Of a DNA stretch of 64,000 nt, positions 62,372-64,000 are shown piece after piece. Origin of the DNA: an uncultured bacterium (GTDB lineage: Bacteria > CAIWAD01). The DNA lies in contig CAIWAD010000040.1 of the NCBI GenBank assembly GCA_903910645.1, forward strand, positions 14,768-78,767, given 5' to 3'. The notes under the pieces were generated by a model that was given only the letters and a program-made list of their open reading frames with translations, searched no databases and was not told the origin of the DNA. The translations under genes were made by a program, and so were the position numbers. The stretch's first letter is position 1; every line of letters begins with the position of its first letter.

Positions 62372-63919
62372 TCAGAGCATGCCGTGCAGACGGCGCCAGA
62401 TCCACTCCCCAGCCAGCAACAGAATCGAGACCGCCAGGATCCAGCCTTCGGCAGCCAGCTCCCGCTGGCGCCCCACGCGTCGCAGGAGCGGCCTCATTTC
62501 AAGGCTGTCCAAGGCGGAAGCATCCGCCAGGCGGCGACGATCCTCTTGCCGATCCAGATCCAGGGCACGGCCTCCACCCACGCTGGCCAGCTCAAGCAGC
62601 AGGCGGGGATGACGGCTGGCGTCCAGGCTTTCAGGGCTGCGATCCTCCACCAGCACGCGCCCACTGTCCGCCACCACTGGTCTATCGCCCTGCCGGGCCT
62701 CGGCGCGCCAGCTCCACGTTCCTGGCGCCAGGGCGGACACTTCGCCCCGATAGGTCCCACCGCCCAGGTCCGCCAGATCCACATGCGTTTCAAGGGAATC
62801 GCTGACCAGCACCAGCCGCACCGCGGCCCCTTCGCGCGACCGGCCATCCTCTTCCCGCAGGCGGGCGTCAAAGGCCAGCGGCGCACCGACGGGCAGGATG
62901 TCGCGATCCGGCTGAACATCCAGCAGGCCTTGTCCAGGCGCCGCCAACACCCACCCCACCAGGCGATCCCCCAGTTCAAGGGCGCGCCGATTATGTCCCA
63001 GGCTCAGCTGGCTTCCCACCCCCCACCGCCACAGGCCCTGCATGAGGATCCATCCCTGGCGCAACCCCGCCCGCTCCTGCAGGAGGATCAAGGGATGGCC
63101 TTGCGCGCTCTCCAGCAGGGCCCGTGATCCGGCAGGCAGGGCATTGGACTTTTCCTGTCCCCTCGTGGCAATGAGAGGTGGCATCTCGCTGTAGACGGAA
63201 CGCAGCTCGCCCAGGTTCTCCTCGGGGCCCAACAGGGGATCGAGCGCCGGCACGCGCGCCGCCCCCTCTGATGCCGTCTGCCAGGGGCCCAGGGCACGCG
63301 CCAATGCGGGCTGAAGCGCCCCAAGATCCAGGCCGGCGCCATCCAGCACCAGCATGGGTACGCGTCCGGCCCTGGCGGCCACACGGGCGATCATGTCCCT
63401 GCTGCCCCGCCCGGCCAGGGGCCACTGCGCCAGCACCAGCAACGCGGCCTTGTCCACAGCGGCGCGCAGGTCTGCCGGATCCGTGCCCGGCCGTTCGGGC
63501 ATGGCGAAGAAGAGTTCAAGATCCTCGCGGGCTTCAAGCACCTGGCGCAGAAAGGCCAGATCCTCAGAAGGACGGCCGGCCAATAGCAGCACAGGAAGAC
63601 GGCCTTCATCCACCATCACCTGCACCTTGCGGCGGTTGTTCTCCAATGTGCGCTCGCCGCCTCCCTCGACCTGAAGCACGGCTTCCAGCGCACGGGGACC
63701 CACACGCTCGGCCTTCCATTCAAGGGCCAGTCGGCGCCGACCTCCATCCGCCCCCAGCACAAAGTCCACAGCCGCGCGCTCCACCCCTTCCTCCAGAAGA
63801 AGCAGGCGGGCCTTGCGCCCGTTCAGGCCACGGCCCTCCACCTCCACTTCAACAGGCTGCACCTGGCCCTTGCGTACGCGTCGATTCAGATCCATCTGGC
63901 GCACCAATGCATCGGCCAC
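62372..63919 (-). CDS. Hypothetical protein with a C-terminal TM anchor, possibly continuing 5' beyond the window
   Basis: Long ORF with coding-like composition and a C-terminal hydrophobic helix WILAVSILLLAGEWIW; the start is not defined inside the window. Confidence 0.4.
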   Translation of the reverse strand: MADALVRQMDLNRRVRKGQVQPVEVEVEGRGLNGRKARLLLLEEGVERAAVDFVLGADGGRRRLALEWKAERVGPRALEAVLQVEGGGERTLENNRRKVQVMVDEGRLPVLLLAGRPSEDLAFLRQVLEAREDLELFFAMPERPGTDPADLRAAVDKAALLVLAQWPLAGRGSRDMIARVAARAGRVPMLVLDGAGLDLGALQPALARALGPWQTASEGAARVPALDPLLGPEENLGELRSVYSEMPPLIATRGQEKSNALPAGSRALLESAQGHPLILLQERAGLRQGWILMQGLWRWGVGSQLSLGHNRRALELGDRLVGWVLAAPGQGLLDVQPDRDILPVGAPLAFDARLREEDGRSREGAAVRLVLVSDSLETHVDLADLGGGTYRGEVSALAPGTWSWRAEARQGDRPVVADSGRVLVEDRSPESLDASRHPRLLLELASVGGGRALDLDRQEDRRRLADASALDSLEMRPLLRRVGRQRELAAEGWILAVSILLLAGEWIWRRLHGML

Positions 63920-64000
63920 CGGGTCCAGCCGCCCGGTGCCCGCCGTCCAGATGCGTGCCGGCAGTGCCTTTGCCCTCTCCAGCGGCCAATCACCCCGGGT

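Overview
This is a high-GC (~68-70%) bacterial chromosomal segment, densely packed with about 55 protein-coding genes. I found no rRNA, tRNA, CRISPR array, insertion sequence or integrase. A Shine-Dalgarno GGAG/AGGAGG motif sits upstream of many starts. ATGA/TGATG start-stop overlaps are pervasive, which points to long polycistronic units. Every gene from 101 to 48814 is on the minus strand, a ~48.7 kb co-directional array of 43 CDS; strand orientation is mixed beyond that point.

Content is housekeeping and cell-envelope genes:
- core metabolism and translation: ddl, folD, dxr, fmt, def, yajC, accA, purE, rseP, tldD/pmbA, parAB
- a complete Tol-Pal cluster fused downstream of a glcD-like oxidase
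- a large glycan-synthesis cluster with three GT2 enzymes, a GT1, RmlD, polyprenyl-phosphate sugar synthases, and two GT-C membrane glycosyltransferases carrying TPR tails (ArnT/PMT-like and DUF2723-like)
- a Na+-translocating methylmalonyl-CoA/oxaloacetate-type decarboxylase cluster
- a CDF metal exporter
- several secreted proteins with a conserved ~85-aa C-terminal sorting domain resembling the T9SS CTD / FlgD-Ig-like fold, which suggests an FCB-group-like organism (low-confidence inference).

The most unusual signal is non-coding. A family of ~150-200 bp structured repeats occurs at the 3' ends of at least six genes, with the core TCCCGCTTTCGCGGGA-(A/T)TGACAGG. One copy is fused to a 2x215-bp tandem repeat.

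Other points of interest are an orphan fliL homolog, a FecR-OMP-secreted trio with no sigma factor, a translationally coupled lipoprotein pair, intragenic tandem duplication in the 978-aa secreted protein, and two tandem paralogous cargo genes that share both their CTD and their terminator.
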